The notes under the pieces were generated by a model that was given only the letters and a program-made list of their open reading frames with translations, was not told where the DNA came from and did no database searches. The position numbers and the translations under genes are program-made. DNA of 63,431 nt, the filler included, from Neoconidiobolus thromboides FSU 785 (Eukaryota; Fungi; Entomophthoromycota): NCBI GenBank assembly GCA_025603075.1. It is 9 parts of 9 records of this genome, joined end to end, with 100 filler letters (N's around TTAATTAATTAA, not from the genome) between each part and the next. Parts side by side here need not be neighbours in the genome. Positions count along the whole stretch, not along the records: positions 1 to 1,024 come from MU627052.1; positions 1,125 to 2,497 come from MU626982.1; positions 2,598 to 15,659 come from MU626621.1; 6 more parts are not named here. One strand, 5' to 3'. Numbering within the stretch: the stretch's first letter is position 1; each line of letters starts with the position of its first letter. Shown one piece after another: positions 1 through 10,756 of this stretch.

Positions 1-1024
1 TAAGCTTTACTTCTGAAAGCTTGTTTATTAATAACATAATTTGATGCTTCAAGGCTATAAGATAGAAGGTTTTATTACTAATAGGACCCTAAATAATATT
101 ACTAAGAGTGGGTTACTGTTGAGCAAAATAACTCTGCATAGGATATGATATTATAGTATTTTATAAAATAAGCAAATAGTATAGAGATAGTATAGAAATA
201 TATATTATGTTTAAGGATTTTACTGGTAATTTTTCCGCTCAAATAGTAGTACTTAAAAAAATGGAAAGAGTGATGAAATCAAGAAAATACCCCCCCCATA
301 TCATGCTTAATTTTAATATAAACACCCTTACATAAAAATACAAGATTTATGTTGGATAACTTGGTCAGTAATACATAAAACTAGCTTACAAAACAGAGGT
401 GTAAAAAGGTTTGTGTTGAATTCCAGGCATTAATTCTCTATAGTTTTGTTAATATTTATTTAGTAATATGTAAATGTAGTTTAATAAATTACTCATTGCG
501 AAATTTATTATTTATAAATGACATTAAACTTACATAATACCAACAAATATTCAAAAACACAAAATGCTCAAAAAGTATACAAAAAAGTAAATAATGTGAA
601 TTTGAAGTGGGAAAATGTGATAAATAATATAGTTAGAGACAAAAGTGATTCAACAGTGCATTATTTTCTAGGTTTTTTTAAAACAAAATATTACACCATT
701 GATTCACATTTGGCCTTAACTATATCTGTCCAATTATTTAAAAAATTTATAGCTGCTACCAATTAGGTAAATACTCCGTACTGTTACGTTTTTCCACTTT
801 ACTAAATCTACATTAGTAAGTTCAAGCATAGTATTAATTTTGTACTATTTGCCTATTTTGTAAAATATAACATAACATCACAGTTTTAAATAGTTACGCT
901 AGTCAGCAATTATACTTTAATAATAGTAATATTTAGGGTCCTATTAGTAATAAAACCTTCTATCTTATAGCCTTGAAGCATCAAATTATGTTATTAATAA
1001 ACAAGCTTTCAGAAGTAAAGCTTA
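1..1024. repeat. Contig bounded by a 95-bp perfect inverted repeat (1-95 vs 930-1024)
   Basis: 1-95 (taagctttacttctgaaagc...gaccctaaata) is the exact reverse complement of 930-1024; both copies end at the contig edges. Confidence 0.9.
195..301 (+). mobile_element. 105-bp MITE-like repeat copy (left end degenerate)
   Basis: Core ttttccgctcaaatagt..acttaaaaaaatggaaagagtgatgaaatcaa and cccccata end match the family consensus. Confidence 0.75.
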
Positions 1025-1124
1025 NNNNNNNNNNNNNNNNNNNNNNNNNNNNNNNNNNNNNNNNNNNNTTAATTAATTAANNNNNNNNNNNNNNNNNNNN
1101 NNNNNNNNNNNNNNNNNNNNNNNN
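1025..1124. other. Artificial contig spacer (N44-TTAATTAATTAA-N44); also at 2498-2597, 15660-15759, 17450-17549, 20016-20115, 50741-50840, 60008-60107, 61965-62064
   Basis: Identical 100-nt N block with a six-frame-stop 12-mer, seen eight times; genes are cut at these points. Confidence 0.98.
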
Positions 1125-1541
1125 ATGTGGGATTGATTTCCTCTGAACTCGAGAACACAACAGCTTAAGCGATTATTATGGTATAATTAACCATGGGACT
1201 GACAAAGCGATATTTCACAGCTACTTTTAAACTTAAAAAATCCAAAGTAGGCAAGAAATTATTAAAAAATTGCTTTTAGCCCTTTTTCCTCAATTAACTC
1301 TAAGGTTTCAGTATTAATTTTTAGAAAAAAGTTTATAGCTAACTTATCTATTTAATAATTTTTTTAATTAAATATAGACTATTTTATATAATTTTTAATA
1401 ATTTTACTATCAGATTAGTTTATTAAAGTATTTTTAAATTAATTATCTGTTATAAAAATATTAAAATGAATAATTTATAATTCAAATTAATTTAAAAATG
1501 ATATTATAAATTACTTTATATTAACTAAATAGCTTATTATT

Positions 1542-1648
1542 ATATGGGGATGTATTTTTATGTTTAAGAATTTTACTAACAAATTTTCCACTTAAACAGC
1601 GCTTAAAAAATGGAAAAAGTAACAAAATAAAAAAAAACACTCCCATAT
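1542..1648 (+). mobile_element. 105-bp MITE-like repeat copy
   Basis: atatggggatgtattttt...agcgcttaaaaaatggaaaaag...aaaaacactcccatat. Confidence 0.85.
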
Positions 1649-1804
1649 ATATGTTTTTTGTTTTGTTTTGTCACTTTTTTTTATTTTTTAAACATTATTT
1701 AAATAAAAAGACTGTTAATAAATTTTTAAATAGAAATAAAATAATATGCTATTAGATTGATTTTGACTGTTTTATTTTTCCAAATAATTAATTTTTTTAA
1801 ATAT

Positions 1805-1911
1805 GTATGGGGATGTATTTTTGTGCTTAAGAATTTTGCTAATAGTTTTTTCGCTCAAATAGCCGCTTAAAAGATGGAAAAAGTAATGAAGCCAAAAAAA
1901 CACTCCCATGT
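1805..1911 (+). mobile_element. 105-bp MITE-like repeat copy
   Basis: gtatggggatgtatttttg...aaaaaaacactcccatg. Confidence 0.85.
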
Positions 1912-2156
1912 AGTTATTCATTTTACTTTTTATTAAAATAGAAACAAAATGCAAGCTTTTATGAACAAACTTCAATATACAGTTTTTAAAAATTTTAATA
2001 TAATAAAAAAACATCAAGGTAAACGTTACAGTTTATTTATATTAATTTTAGCAATTATTCATAATTAACCAGAGTTTGTAGCATTTTATAATAATAATAA
2101 CGGTAGACTTAATTAAATGGTATATAAATTAATATTGAGAATAAAAAATAGGAACC

Positions 2157-2255
2157 AACGGGGATGTTTTTTTTGGCCTCATCCCTTTTTCCACCTTTTA
2201 AGCGCTATTTGAGCAGAGAATAGTTGGTAAAATCCTTAAAAACACATCCCCAATA
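2157..2255 (-). mobile_element. 105-bp MITE-like repeat copy (reverse)
   Basis: ggggatgtttttttt...ttttaagcgctatttgag...acacatcccc. Confidence 0.8.
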
Positions 2256-3204
2256 AATAGCACTATTATTAACTATGACCTTAATATATTTTTTCAACAA
2301 ATACAAAAGTTCCAAGTTTAATATACATAAAAAATAACATAATTATTTAAAATAATTAGTAATAATAATAATAATAATAATAATAATGATAAATATTTTA
2401 ATAATGTGAAATATCGCTTCGTCAGTCCCATGGTTAATTATTTTGATTTGTTATGAGAATTTCTAGTTCCACCCAAAAGAATATTATCTTCTCATTTNNN
2501 NNNNNNNNNNNNNNNNNNNNNNNNNNNNNNNNNNNNNNNNNTTAATTAATTAANNNNNNNNNNNNNNNNNNNNNNNNNNNNNNNNNNNNNNNNNNNNTAA
2601 GATTACTTAAGTTATTAATAGCTAAGTTAATAAATAGTCAAAGAACAAGTAAATGTAATAATATGTAAAAACTATTATTACTTGTACTATATATGGATAG
2701 TTAATTATAGTTTTGGGGCTAAGCACTCCCTCCCATGCAGCTATTTATTAACTTGGCAATATACTAATAATGTAATTATAACACTAAAATAGTTTATTTG
2801 TTTGATAACAAATCTGCAATGTTGGTTATAAAGCAGTCGATAATAAATATTTCTCAATAAAGTTTTATAACAATATGTATTTAAGATCTAGTAGAAATTC
2901 AACTAACTTACGGTATGAACTATAATAGAATGATTTAGAACTGTGTCTGGGTACTTTTATTTTAATAAAAGATTTGATTTTATAGAATTTTAAGCGAAGT
3001 TTTCAAATACAAAATATTTAAATTGGATAAAATAATAAAACTAATTCGGACAACCCCATATGTTGTAATAAAATAATTGAATAATGTTAAATATTTTTAC
3101 TTTTCAATAAAAAAAACTATGTATAAAATTTTAAGCAAAGTTTTTAAAATACAAAATACTTGACTAAATAAAAAAACAAAATACTAAAGCAAAATAAAAG
3201 AAAT

Positions 3205-3310
3205 ATATCGGAATGTATTTTTCTGTTTAAGAATTCACCAACAATTTTTCCACTCAAATAGTGCTTAAAGGATGGAAAAAGTGATGAAACCAAAAAAACA
3301 TCTCCATATA
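3205..3310 (+). mobile_element. 105-bp MITE-like repeat copy
   Basis: ggaatgtattttt...ttccactcaaatagtgcttaaaggatggaaaaag...acatctccatat. Confidence 0.85.
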
Positions 3311-3893
3311 ATTAATAATACTTTTAATTATAGCTAAATATTTAAATAAATATTAGTTTATAGGCTCAACTCAGTATCATCTAATTCAAGCTTTAGAAAA
3401 AATGTGAATTAAACAAAGTGCTATGAAATTAACTACTTTTTTGCTTAATTTCAAAATCACTTTATGTGAATATATTTTTAACTATCATTTATTTTGACTT
3501 TTGAAAATTTACGCTACATGGAAATGGACAAAAAAAGTAAAATAGGGAATGGGGATTCCATTCTTAATTTTGACAAGCTTTTAACCTTATTTGTATATAA
3601 GTTGAGTTTTAAAAAAAACAGTCTATAATTTAGCTATGAACTTGAGGAAAAATTCAAGAGTATGAGAACTGAAAAGCTAACTTGTTCCATAAAAAAGATG
3701 CTTGTCAGGTAATCTTTAACAATAGCTGCAGTTAAAAATTTTGCTTTTCAATCTCTATTTTTAGCAAATTAGTAACTTTCTTTAACCACAACCTTAATCA
3801 AAAATTAGTTCATTCAAACAGCAATTGATAAAGTAAATGATAAAGTATTTTACAAAAACATATTAAAATATTTATAGAAGTATAAAAACGATA

Positions 3894-4886
3894 ATGGGTA
3901 AATATCCTGAAGTCTATTATGCTGTCCACAAAGGGAGGAGACCTGGGATCTATTCAACTTGGTAAAGGATAATATACTTTTAACCGGATTTTAAACTAAT
4001 GAAAAAAATAGGAAGGCGTGTGAAGAAGAAGTGAAGGGCTACACAGATGCAAGATTCAAAAAATTCAAAGTCAAAAAAGAAGCTGATAATTTTGTATTAA
4101 ATGGGTTTAAAAGTCTGGGAGCGTCGCAACCTTACAGTACTAAAAGAAGATCAAAAAGTCCAACTAAAAAACCCAAATTAAGTACACAGTCAAGTGAAAT
4201 TTTAGTAAGTTAAAGTTAAAGTCATTATTTTAATAATAACAAAGATAAAAGAATTATCAAATTGTATTTACAGATGGCTCTTCTCGAGGCAATGGGACTA
4301 AAAATTCTAGAGCTGGGTATGGGGTTTATTTTGGTGAAAATGATCCTAGAAATTGTTATGGAAGGATAGGCGGTAGACAGACTAATCAAAGGGCTGAAGT
4401 AACAGTATTCTTTTTAGCTTTTATTGTAGTTAAATTATTAATGGAGTTTAGGCTGCAATTAAAGCTTTGGAAGTAACTGATCCTAATGTTCATTTAGAAA
4501 TTCGCACTGATAGCCAGTACTTAATTAAAGGTAAAATAATAGTATTTTTAGAATTATTTTAATTAATGTATTTTAATTAAATCTATTGTTGTTATTAGCA
4601 ATAACAACTTGGATTATTAATTGGAAAAGGAACGGATGGAAATCAAGCACTGGGAAAGATGTTGAAAATAAAGAGCTTTTTGTATTGTTGAATGATTTGA
4701 TTAGCAATAGGAAAGGAAAAGTTAAATGGGTAACTCACAGTTTATTTTTTAACTATTTATTTTACTAATCCATTAAAGTTTTATGTACCCGGTCATAAAG
4801 GTATAGAAGGAAATGAAATGGCAGATCAATTGGCAAACATGGGGGCTGAGCTTTCAGATATTGAACAGAGTTGTTTGAAGGTTTAA
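3894..4886 (+). CDS. RNH1: Ribonuclease H1 (multi-exon; N-terminal hybrid-binding domain plus RNase H domain)
   Basis: Spliced reading: MGKYPEVYYAVHKGRRPGIYSTW-KACEEEVKGYTDARFKKF (Cauli_VI type), then IVFTDGSSRGNG, RAGYGVYFG, QTNQRAE, IRTDSQY, WKRNGWK, PGHKGIEGNEMADQLA. All four acidic catalytic residues are present; GT-AG introns. Confidence 0.95.
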
Positions 4887-5004
4887 ATTAAGAGATGGTT
4901 AGAATAAAGTATATAAGTGTAACTAAATTGTTCTTTATTTTTTATTTTGAAATTATCATTTTACTAGAGTAGTTAATATTTCATAAATATTGATTGTGGA
5001 TCAT

Positions 5005-6348
5005 CTATTTTTTAATATTGTTAAAAAAACTCAGAATTCCTGGCTGACCTTTAGGAGGTTGAGCTTTTGATTTAGTAGTTATAGTCTTCTAGGAAAAATA
5101 GTTAATATCCATATAATTAATATATTCAATTAAACTTACTTTGACTTTTTTTTCCTCGATACTAATATTTGCGAACTCTGCATCAGGCACAGACAATTCA
5201 GTAATCATAACCTCTCTTTTGGAATATTTTAGTTCAATTTGCTCAATTCTAAAAGGTTTACTATTAAACGATTCAAGTATAAAAACTACTAATTTTACTT
5301 GTGTTCTAAGCTTAGTTCATTAAGCCATTTCAATGGTGTATAATCCGAAAGTATTTGAAATGCTTTTAGCGTATTTTTGTCACCTTTATGACTAAAGTTT
5401 AACCTAATTTTAATTTAAGAATATAAATTTACTCTCAGTATCCGGTTCACTCAACTTTATATAATCATATAGTTTTTTAAACTATTAAATTAGTATCATA
5501 TCACACTATTAGAATTAACCCTTACCTTATTTTGAATCCATTCTTTTACTTTACTTTCATTTAGCCTATAAAATATTACTTTATTTTCAAGGCCTATATC
5601 TACTTCTAAACAACTCAAATTTAATAAAAACTATTATTCCATTAATTATCTGACATTACCTTTTATATTACAAATCTTAGTTATAGCTGAGTTAAACCCG
5701 GCTAATAGCTCCATAGACTCAACTATATCTTCCCACTGTTTGAATACTCCTTCTGAATTGTCGCTGGTCTTACCCTTGAAATATGATTATTATTAGAAAA
5801 AAACAATTGAAAAATTCTATTCTTACTTCAAACCTAACTCTATCTAATATTGGTAGAAGCAAAAACAATGGATCGAAGGGAGAAACCAGATACAGTTTCC
5901 CATCTTTAATTTTTTACTTTGGTTAGATTTCATGTTTTTAATATTCACCTAAAACTCACCTTGAACCACATAATTTCCAATAAACCAACTTCTATGTTCC
6001 TCATGTTCCATACACTTGATTTCATACAGTTTATTATCATTTATTATAAACTTAACTCTATTTCCTTTTTTGTTTTTAGTTGTCTTTCTTTTTATGTTAT
6101 CGTTTTTAGACTACCTGTTTTTGGATGAGGTAAAGTATATATTGCTAATTGACTTGAGTTGAAACCTGGATCTTTAGTAAAAAGATGAATTGAATTGAAA
6201 TTATCTTACCCTCTTCTTTTGGTACTACAAATACCAACTTTTTATCTCCTCTTTCATACTGTTTTAGTTTAGTTGCTTGTGATCGTGTACTATTGTAAAA
6301 TTGTTAACTTATTTTACTGTTTGTAGTTTATTTATAAAAAAACCTCAT
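5005..6348 (-). CDS. RNH202: Ribonuclease H2 subunit B (multi-exon)
   Basis: Exons read YTLPHPKT, LYEIKCMEHEEHRSWFIGNYVVQ, DGKLYLVSPFDPLFLLLPIL, FYRLNESKVKEWIQNK and C-terminal KGQPGILSFF, matching RNASEH2B/Ydr279 motifs (HSWFI, DPLFLLL, terminal I/L-xx-FF). Start inferred as ATGAG|intron|TACACGA (MSTRSQ). Confidence 0.85.
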
Positions 6349-7116
6349 TAAAAAGATAGCCAAGGGTTTGAGGTTAATTTTATTTTAATATAAAAATCAT
6401 AAAAGGAGATTTTTATTGTTTATTCTATTTGGCAAATAAGTAGTTATGTTAATTAATAGTAAGCCATAACATATTAAATATATTATTTAAAGAGTTTTAA
6501 AAGTAAGTAAAGCTTTAATAAATTTGATTTTATCATTATAATAAAAGCATTCAATATCATTTTCAAGAAAAGCCGAAAATATTTCAATTAAATGTTAATA
6601 TACATACAATCGATTCATCTAAAGTAAACAATTATAAAACTATTCAACTGTATTGTAAATAAATGCTATTATTATAACATACATTTTAAAATAAAGTATA
6701 TAGAAAGTGAGCTAATAAATTTCAAATCATTGTTTTCTTTATATAGTATATGAAATCACTTTTTAAGTCAATAATTCTTGAAATGAAATTAAAATTTAAA
6801 GCAATGAAATATTATGAAAATAAAAATCCAAGAAACTATGAAATATTATGAAAATATCCAAATAGTTATAATAACATATCCAAGCCCTATAAAACAATAG
6901 AAATACATATATATCTCGTTTATTATATTAAACATTTAAAAAACATCCAAAAGATATAATTATAATCCGATCATCTAAACTTTATGATATTTATTACAAA
7001 CTCACATTAAATAGCTTAAGACAACTTACTTGAAGCTACTTTTATTCAACTTAAAAAAATTCAAAACTTGCAAATTAGGTAGATTAACTTAGAAGATCAA
7101 CATATAATTAATAGCA

Positions 7117-8116
7117 TTATTTATGGAACGAAGAGAGAGTAGGAGCCGGCAATGTTTGTTCGCCTAACACACCAGCTGCTTGTGCCACAGGACAAGAAGC
7201 ATGGCTGATAATCAATGATCTTAATTTATTCGCTTCCTCATTTAAAGCATGTAATTCCGATTCCATCAATGAATTTGAATACTGTAAATATTTGGTATTA
7301 TCTTCTAAATTTCGCACCTCATTCTTTTTACGTTCTCGGCATTTTAAAGCAGCTAAAGAAATTAATATTAGGATCTTCTTTTATATAACAGTAAATGAAG
7401 TATCTACCTTTTCTATTTCTTTCTAGGAAATCGATCTTTTTCTCACTCATCCCATCTGTAGGCAATCTTTTCCTACCACCAGCAGGTTTTTTAGGCTGTA
7501 GCACCTCGCTATTTGTTGTATTTTGTGTTTGTGGATGCATCACAACTTGAAATGGATTTTTCGCGATGGGTTGATTCATAGTTAAGGTATTGTTTGGTAT
7601 GCTCATCATATTAGGAAATGTAGTACTTTGTCTTGGAAACATAGAGTTCATATTTACATTTGGGTTCACAGCAATACCCATAGGCTGATATTGAGTAATT
7701 GGATTAATAGGTCTAGGAATCAGTTGCGCCGTACTTTGATTGAAGTTCGGTAGTTGCGACGCAAAATTATCTTTTACTGGAGGTTGAAGGATATGAAGGT
7801 TTCTCATATTACTTTGTGGCTGATATGTATTCAATGAGTTATTTCTAGGATCTAGTATCATAGGAGATAGTTTTATTGGACCTTCATTGGTAGGTATACC
7901 ACCAGTTTGATTGATTTGAGCTATGGATGGTAAACTTGGTTTTATAATTTGTGGCTGAGGACTTTCCTTTTTTATTAAAGTACTGTTGCCAAAGCTTTGT
8001 TCAAAAGGGTTTGGTTCTTTTGAAAGGGTAGATTGGCGTGCTAGTTGAGTAGACATCCTGTCTGACTCAAACGAGTGCATGGTATGGCTTTGGTTCATCC
8101 GAGTTGTTGAAGTCAT
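7117..8116 (-). CDS. ATF/CREB-family bZIP transcription factor (Atf1/Sko1-like), one intron ~7353-7407
   Basis: N-terminal EPNPFEQSF (Aft1 osmotic-stress motif); spliced basic region FLERNRKAALKCRERKK, then leucine zipper and HASCP. Confidence 0.9.
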
Positions 8117-9239
8117 TTTAGTATTTTTTTTGTTAGCTGTTTTTTCTCTCCGTGATTTATTGGATAAATTAATTTAAAAAAAGAAGATTGAACTTTATCT
8201 GCTATGATTTCATATCATGATTTATGTGGTATTGGTCTGCAAAAAATTAGGAATTAAGTTAGAAATTATCAACTGATTGGTTTTTCTAGCTAAGCATAGT
8301 GAGTACTGTGCTCTAATTTGTTAAATAACAGGCATAACTTAGTCCCTTGTTATGAAATCATCTTTGTCGTATTTCAATGATTTCATAGGTTATAGCTGAC
8401 ATCCAAAACTGAAGCTTATCTATTAGAAATAGAGATAGTAAAATTTTCAAGTTACTAACACTTTCAAAATTTAAACCGAAAATGGTATTAAAAAGCTAAT
8501 TTAAAGAAATCCAAAGTTTTAAACTGTTATTAATTAAACTCCCCATCAATTATAAAACTATGATATCTTGAATTGTTCATTTGTTTGAATTATCTCATTA
8601 CTGCCGCTATATGAGTGAATAAACTAGTATAATTTTAGTATAATTGTTGTTGATGTAATAATTACATATTTTATAATATTATCAATATTAACAATTTAAA
8701 CAAGCTCCTGCTATAGTTCTATACCGTTAGACGATAATAAAATTTTGTTTTCGCCTCCTTTCATTTAATACCAGGCTTAGACTATACACTTAAATTAACA
8801 CTTATTAAAATACAATAACAATACCAACAATAGTTTGTTTTTTAACAATGGGTTTCATATATTAGATTTATTAGATTGAGTATTTTTTTGGTAATAATTG
8901 AATTCGACTTAATCTTAAGCTTGAATTTTCAATATTTGCGGGTTTAAGTTGTAAAGTTAATCCTTTTTTGATTGAACCCTTAATTTTGTTTATAAAGTTT
9001 GTGTCTTTAAAGACAAGAATCGAAGAAAAGTTTTCGAAATATTATTAGGTGTAGGGTTGTATGAGGAGCTTTCCTGTTTTCTTATAGCTCAACAACACAT
9101 TCTATAATAAGATTTTAGTATTTAATACTCAGTATTATTTTATTTGGAGTAATTTGACTTTTCAAAACTAATTAATGCTTAAAATATTGTTGAGGTGAAT
9201 TTTTGTCTAGTTTATAAAGCATAAGCTTTTAAACTAGCA

Positions 9240-9321
9240 GACAGTTTGTCCGAGTGGTTAAGGAGTCAGACTTGAAATCTGATGGGGTTTCCCCGCACAG
9301 GTTCAAATCCTGTAGCTGTCG
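9240..9321 (+). tRNA. tRNA-Ser(UGA), no intron
   Basis: Acceptor stem GACAGTT/AGCTGTC with G discriminator; anticodon arm TCAGA-CT-TGA-AA-TCTGA; long variable arm GGGG-TTT-CCCC; T loop GGTTCAAATCC. Confidence 0.95.
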
Positions 9322-9505
9322 TATTGTATAAATACATTTTTCTTCAAGCAAATCAAACTTGGAAGTTGACTTAAATTATTGGTTTTTTTAATATCCAAGG
9401 AAACCTAATGGATTATTAACATTATGCTTATTATATTATATATATAATAATTACAAGAGGATTTTTTATAATAGTAAAATATAGAATATGAAGAAAAATC
9501 CTAAT

Positions 9506-9609
9506 ACATGGGGATGTATCTGTTTAATAATTTTATTAGCAATCTTTCCACTTAAAATTGCACTTAAAAAATCGAAAAAATGATGAAACCAAAAAAGACA
9601 TCTTGATAT
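9506..9609 (+). mobile_element. 105-bp MITE-like repeat copy
   Basis: acatggggatgtat...ctttccacttaaaattgcacttaaaaaatcgaaaaaatgatgaaacc. Confidence 0.8.
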
Positions 9610-9700
9610 CTATTTTGTACCTACTTTAGCTTAGCAAGTATTGAAAACTTAATTTTTATTGACTAAGGTGTCATAACCTAAACAATTCAACCTTCTGCAC

Positions 9701-9895
9701 CATAATACCCATTTTTTTTGGTTTTACCACTTTTCCGTTTTTTGAGCGCTATTTGAGCGGAAAGATTGTTAGTAAATTAAAATAATACATCACTATATAA
9801 GGATGTTTTTTGGCTTCATCATTTTTTCTATCTTTTAAGTACTATTTGAGTGGAAAAATCATTAGTAAAACTCTTACAAAAATACATCCCTATAT
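9701..9895 (-). mobile_element. Two tandem reverse MITE-like copies (9701-9798, 9795-9895)
   Basis: tttttgagcgctatttgagcggaaag...atacatcactatat followed directly by aaggatgtttttt...tttaagtactatttgagtggaaaa...atacatccctatat. Confidence 0.8.
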
Positions 9896-10045
9896 TATGA
9901 ATAAATTCGGGATTCTAAAAATTATGCCCTAGACTTGGCTGTCTTCTCTTTGACTTTTTTATATAGTACAGCATATTTGAAAATAAAGATATTTAAAAGA
10001 CTATATTTATAGCTTACTATTTATTTTAAAACTACATGGTATACT

Positions 10046-10152
10046 ATATGGGGATGTATTTTTGCGTTTAAGAATTTTATCAACAAATTTTCCGCTTAAA
10101 TAGCGCTTAAAAAATGGAAAAAATAATGAAGTCAAAAAAAACACTCCCATAT
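10046..10152 (+). mobile_element. 105-bp MITE-like repeat copy (near-consensus)
   Basis: atatggggatgtatttttgcgtttaagaatttt...tagcgcttaaaaaatggaaaaaataatgaagtcaaaaaaaacactcccatat. Confidence 0.9.
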
Positions 10153-10316
10153 GTAAAGTATTTTTTGCTATTTTTGTTGAATTATTTAACAAACTATTTT
10201 TTATACAAGAATGATCATTCATTACTCTAATTATTTTAAAGCTATTAGTATTATTAGAGTGCTACTTTTTATTAATTCTATTAGCTTTACTACCAGTTTT
10301 GTTTTTCATATTTAAG

Positions 10317-10422
10317 ATATGGGGATGTATTTTTTTGTTTAAAAACTTTACTAACAATCTTTCCCCTCAAATAGCGCTTAAAAAATGGAGAAAGTAATGA
10401 AACCAAAAAAACATCCCTATAT
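10317..10422 (+). mobile_element. 105-bp MITE-like repeat copy
   Basis: atatggggatgtattttt...atagcgcttaaaaaatggagaaag...acatccctatat. Confidence 0.9.
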
Positions 10423-10684
10423 GCATTTTTATAAATATACATATCTATTGTCTTTGAGTCATTTTCAGTGTAAAAAATAATTGATACAGTTACAAAATAT
10501 CATAGTTATTTTAAAGAACTAAGCTATGAGTTAAATATAAGGTTATTGAATTATTTTATCAACCTCAGCGGAACAACATAACAATCATAGCAAAAACAAA
10601 ACAAAGCTATCCTTTAATTTATTAAATACTACTATAAATACATCCAAACAGCCATATCAATTAATACGACAAATTAAACTTTTG

Positions 10685-10692
10685 TGACGTAA
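10685..10692 (+). promoter_or_regulatory. CRE-like site TGACGTAA ~65 bp upstream of the YME2 start
   Basis: Matches the ATF/CREB consensus T(G/T)ACGT(C/A)A; a single short motif, so it could be chance. Confidence 0.3.
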
Positions 10693-10756
10693 CAAAACTG
10701 AGTCTAAAAAAGCATCAAATTTTAAATTCCTTTTTTTATTTTTCATTCAAAATAAA

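Larger units (their letters stand above)
1187..2437. mobile_element. Non-autonomous TIR element flanked by TTAA (piggyBac-like)
   Basis: TTAA|CCATGGGACTGACAAAGCGATATTTCACA (1191-1219) pairs with TGTGAAATATCGCTTCGTCAGTCCCATGG|TTAA (2405-2433): 29-bp TIR, one mismatch. No convincing internal ORF. Confidence 0.7.

Noticed and set aside
1025-1124. Recurrent TTAATTAATTAA palindrome inside N runs
   Set aside because: Artificial six-frame-stop linker. ORF ends reading LIN or X are artefacts, and adjacency across these spacers cannot be treated as biological.
1772-2017. Mutually similar short ORFs (also 10007-10222 and 18692-18949) suggesting a small gene family
   Set aside because: The similarity comes entirely from reading through the 105-bp repeat in different frames; the flanks are unrelated low-complexity AT sequence.
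8205-8390. TATGAAATCA/TGATTTCATA 10-bp inverted repeat upstream of the bZIP gene
   Set aside because: Short and AT-rich, so expected by chance at this composition; no match to a site I can name.
1542-10422. MITE copies as a CRISPR-like array
   Set aside because: Units are ~105 bp, irregularly spaced, in both orientations, in a eukaryote, with no cas genes.
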